64,000 bases of DNA from the human T2T-CHM13v2.0 reference genome, Homo sapiens. The stretch lies in the NCBI RefSeq assembly GCF_009914755.1, contig NC_060939.1; one strand, given 5' to 3'. A program made the position numbers and the translations under genes. Below are positions 58,071 through 64,000 of the stretch, one piece after another. The first letter of the stretch is position 1, and each line of letters starts with the position of its first letter. Under the pieces are notes generated by a model. It saw only the letters and a program-made list of their open reading frames with translations, ran no database searches and was not told the DNA's origin.

Positions 58071-59029
58071 GTTTCAAAGTTTCCCTCATCTTCCTGTCTT
58101 CTTCTAAGCCCTCCACATTCTTCCAATATCTGCCAATTTACTCATTTCCAAAGCTGCTTCCACATATTCAGCTATCTTTATAGCAAAGCCCCACTCCTCA
58201 GTACCAATTTTCTGTTTGTCCATTTTGCATTGTTACAAATGAATACTTGAGGCTGGGTAATTTACAAAGAAAACAGGTTTATTGGCTCATGGTATGGCAG
58301 GCTGTGCAGGAAGCATAGTGTCGGCATCTGCTTTAGGTGGAGGCTTCAAGAAGCTTCCACTCATGATGGATGGCAAAGGGGAGCAGGTATATCACACAGT
58401 GAGAAGGGGGAGCAAGAGAGAAAGTTGGGGAGACGCCAGGCTCTTTAAAAAACCAGCTCTCCAGTGAACTAGTAGAGTGAGAGCTCATTCATTCCTGGTG
58501 AGCAGGGCACAAAGCCATTCTTGAGGGGTCCCCCGTCATGACCCAAACTCCTCCCATTAGACCCCATCCCCAAAATGGGGGATCAAATTCTCACATGAGA
58601 TTTGGAGGGGACAAATGTCCCAACCATATTGGGAGCATCTCAGCTCCAAATAATACCAGACTACTAGAGGGAGGAACACTGTGGGGTCTTCATGCTAGCT
58701 GCTTTCCATTGACATTTTCCTGGCCTCCAGACCTAGAAACAACCAAAAATAACTTGGTGAATGTACTGAAGTTATTTATCAAACATTTACTGAGACCACA
58801 ACATTGTAAAAAAGACAGGGCTTAACACTAGGTGTAGGTTAATGATACTGGAAGATTTTGTTTCAATGTACTATATTTCTAACATCTTTCCAGAATCGTC
58901 TGTCCCAAAACAGAAACCATCTTGTTTCCTAGGCATGCTATCAGAACGAGAAAATAACTAAATTTTTCTTCAAAAAATAATTGCAAAATCCACATTGATG
59001 TAATACATTTTTAAGAAGTGAAGTAAGAG

Positions 59030-59260
59030 ATAAAAATAGCTAATATTTGAGGCCAACCACTGTTCAGTATATTGTACATCTATTAACTCATTCAATCTTC
59101 ACAATAACCTGATGAGGAAGACAGTATTTCTATCCCCATTTTGCATATGAGGGAAGTAAGGGACAGAAGAGCTAAGGAGCTTGCCCAAGTCACACTTAAG
59201 AGGCAAAATAGAGACCCCCTCACCCCAGAAGCAGGCCTCCATGGTCTACGCCCTTAAACA
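59030..59260 (-). mobile_element. MIR
   Basis: TCTTCACAATAACCTGATGAGG...CCCCATTTTGCATATGAGG...CTTGCCCAAGTCACAC. Confidence 0.75.
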
Positions 59261-59419
59261 TTGACATCTCCTGCCCTTCACACATACCTCTGTTAATCAA
59301 AAGAATAGGTCCAACAATGACGACTTCACTTCCTAAGTGAGTCCATAGGTTTAAGGTAGTAACAGGCTACATTATAGACCTTAACAAATCATATTCAAAT
59401 TCTTCTAGAGTAATAGTCA

Positions 59420-59762
<343 letters not shown>

Positions 59763-59865
59763 TCAAACACAAACACATTACCTAGCAGTCATTATCAAAA
59801 GCCTGTGCTAACTGGATTAAAATCAGAAACCTAACTGGTGGTTTAGGACAGAAACCTAGAAACTG

Positions 59866-60225
59866 TGCTATGGACTGAATGTTTGTGCCTTCCCAGAATT
59901 CATACACTGAAGCTTAGTCTCTAATGTTATGGTATTAGGATGTGGGGCCTTTGGGAGGTGATTAGGTCGCGAAGGTAGAGCCCTCATGAATGGGATTAGT
60001 GCCATTTTATAAGGGATCCCAGAGAGCTCCCTCACCCTTTCCCCATTATGTGAGGATACAAGAAGTTAGCAGTCTGCAAACTGTGAGAGCCCTCACCAGA
60101 ACCCGATCATGCAGGCACCCTGATCTCAGACTCACAGCCTCTAGAACTAGGAGAAAGAAATTTCTGTTGATTTTAAGCTACCTGATCTATGGTATTTGTT
60201 GTAGCAGCTTCAGTTGACTAAGACA
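59866..60225 (+). mobile_element. MLT1A-like solo LTR
   Basis: TGCTATGGACTGAATGTTTGTG...GACTAAGACA. Confidence 0.85.
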
Positions 60226-61823
60226 AATGGATTCAATTTTGTCTTAAGTTCTTGGTTTCCGGTAAACCAGAAGTAACTTGATAATGCAGTGCTGACTGCT
60301 GGGATTTTTCAGCCAGGTCCTCTCCAGCTCCCAGAAATGCTGGACTGACTATGTATTTTTAGGGACTCTCCTTGCTCCAGAGCCTGAAGTACTTTCTATT
60401 TTCGTGGTCTAGTCTTCATTCCTCTCACAATAACACAGAGAGGTCGCCAGGGTCTCTCTAAGAAGCACAAACCTGGCCTAGTACAGATGAGCTCATCAGT
60501 CACTCAGGGGCCTCTTCTTCCCCAGACTCCCCAGGAATCATAAGCTTCTAGGATGGGCTCCCCAGAGCACTTCCCTTCTTATTTACCAGGAAGAAGGTCT
60601 TAGAGGCTGCTTCCCCATTCTTCTTTCAGGCCAAAAGCCTTACCTCTTGCCTCTGCTTCCATTTCTGCTAGGTTCTCTTATTCCATTCTGTACATGTCAG
60701 AAGCCGTCAGGAGCCTCAAGAGAAGAAGAAAGAGCCATGGTGAGTCGTTTTACATTTTCCAAATGAACAATGAATTCCTAAAAGAAAACCTCAACTTGCA
60801 GCCTTCCTGCCCCCAGGAACTCCTAGCAGAAGAGCCCAGGTCCCAACAAAATGCATGGCAGCTGCTGCCCAGCCTCTGAGAGAATTAAGAGGCATTAGAG
60901 CCCCACGTGGCCGCAGAACAACATCTTATCCAGCCATTCAACAGCCAGCAGGCTCCCCTTTTCATGATGCCCTTTCCGCTGTGCCCTAGGGGGCTCACCT
61001 CTTGCAGCCTTGACAGTGCAGTTCTTGCCAGGTCCCAGCAGGAACGAACTGGAAACCTCCTGGGTTTCCAGCAGCTGCTGTGCTTCTGAACTGACTCTTC
61101 CTTGGGGGTGGCAGGCGCACTGCCTCCTTGTCTACCGCTGTGGGTTTAGACAAAGTGCATTAGGCTTCTCTTCTCCCCCGGGCCAGCAGGGTTTTAGCCC
61201 TACCCACTTAGGGGTCATTTCCACAAAATAAATATCCCCCCGGCTGATAAATCCCCCCATTCTTCCTTGATACGGGGTCTCTCCGGAAACACAACAGCCT
61301 AGGTTTCTTCCTCTTTCCCACCCAACCTGCTCACTCACTTCCATCTCACACTGCCACCCCCACCCCCAGCACAGCCACCAGAACCACCAGTCCTCAGCTT
61401 CAACTGAGCCCCTGGGCTACTTCAGCATGTTCTCCTCACATCTGTACTCACATATATCTTCCTACAAGTTCCCTCGCCCTTTCACGGGCTGAAGCTCTGA
61501 CTCTCTCAGAGAACATTAGCTATTGGTCAGGAATATTGTGCAAAAGACTTCACTTAATTGGAAAAGTATTCATTCTTGGTGGTCCCCAATGCCCCCAGGC
61601 CCTCAGCCATAGGATGTGGCTCTCACCTGGACAGTAGACACCTTGCTTCAATTTTCACTCTTCGCCCCTGGAAACCGTCGGCTGTTGGGGGTGAAAGGAA
61701 ACTCCATAGTACTATACTGAGGTGACGTTTCCACCACCAACCATCTGCTTGGGCCCCTCTTAATTCTCCACCGGAGACTGGGGCTGCCTTCCTCAGGGAT
61801 CCCAGCTATCTCTCAACACCTCG

Positions 61824-62138
61824 TCTTCCTCCAAGACTGGAGTCTTCGTGGAGTTCTGAGGAATTCACTTTCCAAGCAAGAAGGTTTTGGGTCCTCATGT
61901 CATCTTCCTCCAAGACTGGAGTCTTTGTGGAGTTTTGAGGAATTCACTTTCCAAGCAAGAAGGTTTTGGGTCCTCATGTCATCTTTCTCCAAGACTGGCA
62001 TCATCTCGGAATTCTCAGGAATTCACTTTCCAAGCAAGAAGGTTTTGGGTCCTCATGTCATCTTCCTCCAAGACTGGCATCATCTCGGAATTCTGAGGAA
62101 TTCACTTTCCAAGCAAGAAGGTCTTGGGTCCTTGTGTC
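61824..62138. repeat. 79-bp tandem repeat, about 4 copies
   Basis: Units start at 61824, 61903, 61982 and 62061. Confidence 0.95.
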
Positions 62139-62943
62139 TGGGGGACTCAATGCCCCCAGGAATCCTCCCTCCTCATCATGGGTTGCTCGTTGCAAGTGAA
62201 AGTCTCGTGCAGTAGGTTCCCTGTGCCTTCTTCTCTGGCCCTGACTTTGACAGGAGACCTCTTCTGGTGCCTTCTGGACCACCTGCTGCCTTACATCTGG
62301 GCTCCATACCAGAATCACCAGCATCCACTCAGAGGACACTGGGCAGCTATAACACTTGTTTTTTGCCGGGGCCAGTCCTAGTCCAATAGGGTTTCCAGGC
62401 ACCCACAACAGCTGCCCAGGCAGCAAATGTCAGTCAGTTGTAAACCAGCCGGGTAAGACTCACACTTTGGCTTCCCTACATGGACTTCGTTTTGGGAGAA
62501 ATTCCAGGATTTCAGACTCTCAGGGCCCATGGTCACTGAGCTCAATGTCCCCAATAGGTCACACCCTGCAGCTGCACCTCTAAGAGCTTGTGCTTCTGCC
62601 AAAACAATAAGCTTCTACTAGATGGGTCAGATCCGTTCTCTGACTTGATGCAATGGCCACTGTCCCTTCAGTCTGGCCCCTCAGCATCTGAGTCAGTGGG
62701 AATGTGATGGGCCCCATATGTAGAAGGAAGAACTGAAAGGAAGCACAGGAAGAACAGGAAGGAAGCAAAAGAAGGAAGGAAAGGAAGCCACCAGCTTCCT
62801 GCTGAGTCTTGATTAGGGCTCCTGGACAGATATTCTCCTCCTCCTGTTGCAAAAACTGTTGGAATTAACATAAAGCCTCTGAGCCCAAGCTTCCTCAAGT
62901 GTACAATGAGGATACTGGAGTCCGGAATCTCTGAGTGCTTCTC

Positions 62944-63437
62944 TGTGATGGACAGAACAATGCCCCGACAAAGATGCTCATGCCCTCCTCCCCAGAACCT
63001 GTGAATATGTCACGGTGCATGGCAAGGGGGGAATTAAAGTTGCCGGTGGAATTTAGGTTGCTAATAGGCTAACCCTAAGATGGGGAGATTAGCCTCGATT
63101 ATCAGGGTGAGCTTACTGTCATCACAGGGACCCCTATAAGTGAGAGAGGGAGGCAAGAGAAGTAGTGTCAGAATTAGAGACGAATTTGCAGAAGCTGGCT
63201 TTTAAGATGGAGGAAGAGGCCATGAGCCGAAGGATGCCGGTGGCCCCTAGAAACAGGAAAAGGCAAGAAAAAGGTTCTCCTCTAGAGCCTCCTGAGGAGC
63301 ACAGCCTTGCCAACACTTTGAACTTTGCCAGTAGTTTGAACTTCTGTCTTCCAGAACTGTGAGATAATAAATCTGTACTGTTTTAACTCATTTATCTTGT
63401 GGTAAACTTGTAACAGCCGCCGTAGGAAGCTAATTCA
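62944..63437 (+). mobile_element. MLT1D-like solo LTR
   Basis: CAGAACCTGTGAATATGT...ATGGCAAGGGG...CCAGAACTGTGAGATAATAAAT. Confidence 0.85.
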
Positions 63438-64000
63438 CCCTCATCCCTCACATTCACACCACAATCTCCTTCTTCTCACCGGCATTCCATCTCCTCTGCC
63501 TCCCAAGTCACAGAGCCCCAGGTGCCACAATGGCTGTGGAGTCTGCGGTGCAACCTCATTGCAAATATTTGTATGCTCGGAAGAAAAACACGAGTACAAT
63601 GTCCTATATTTACGAGGACCTTACTACTCTTAAATCGCTGTCGTTCAAAAACAAAACAATTTTTTTCAGCGTGTTCTTATACGCCCATTACTGAGCTGGT
63701 CCCTGGGGATGCAAAGACACATGGACCTCATTGTTTTCCTCCAGGAATTCACTTGGAAAAAGAAACACGGGAGATGCTGCCTAGAATCCTTGATGCCTCC
63801 GAAGTTAGACTGGAGTTGGATTAACCCGGCCTCTCTCTGTGGAAATAGGAGATGGCTAGAAGAGTGACATCAATCAGCCACAACTGCTTCAGCCTCATAA
63901 CGTCGGAGCAATGGTATCAGACTTGATGCAGAGACTACCCGGGCATATGTGGCTTTTTTTTTTTTAAATGTAGTGAAAAATTCCAAGTCACAGCCACAAC

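Noticed and set aside
61824-62138. Regular repeats superficially like a CRISPR array
   Set aside because: Units are contiguous with no unique spacers, the context is eukaryotic, and there are no cas genes.
62874-62910. GCCTCTGAGCCCAAGCT matches the start of LTR7
   Set aside because: The match ends after ~17 bp and continues as a MIR core (CTTCCTCAAGTGTACAATGAGGATA).

Overview
Primate (most likely human) repeat-rich intergenic or intronic DNA. No intact cellular protein-coding gene, RNA gene or CRISPR array is supportable. Almost all listed ORFs are chance frames or translations of transposable elements. The dominant feature is a 6.1-kb HERV-H provirus (1734-7854, +) with LTR7 ends, a GTTAA target-site duplication (TSD), a tRNA-His PBS and defective gag/pro/pol. 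The rest is a layered TE record: Alus, MIR/L2, MaLR and ERV1/ERVL LTRs, a nested L1-in-L1 block (40-51 kb), a deleted HERV-L whose dUTPase gene carries a piggyBac MER85, a triple-nested MST/MER4/L1PA element, and a very old ERV gag-pro-RT fossil (35.2-37.2 kb). The most notable observations are: (i) the two HERV-H LTRs differ in U3 enhancer-repeat copy number and SOX-motif content; (ii) a 112-bp near-perfect inverted copy of local sequence is inserted into an old MLT1 LTR; (iii) the MER85 keeps an intact CSB-PGBD3-type palindrome; (iv) there is a 79-bp AABB tandem repeat; (v) candidate + strand exons lie near 59-64 kb. I found no convincing new biological system. Repeat subfamily names come from recalled consensus sequences and need RepeatMasker/Dfam confirmation.
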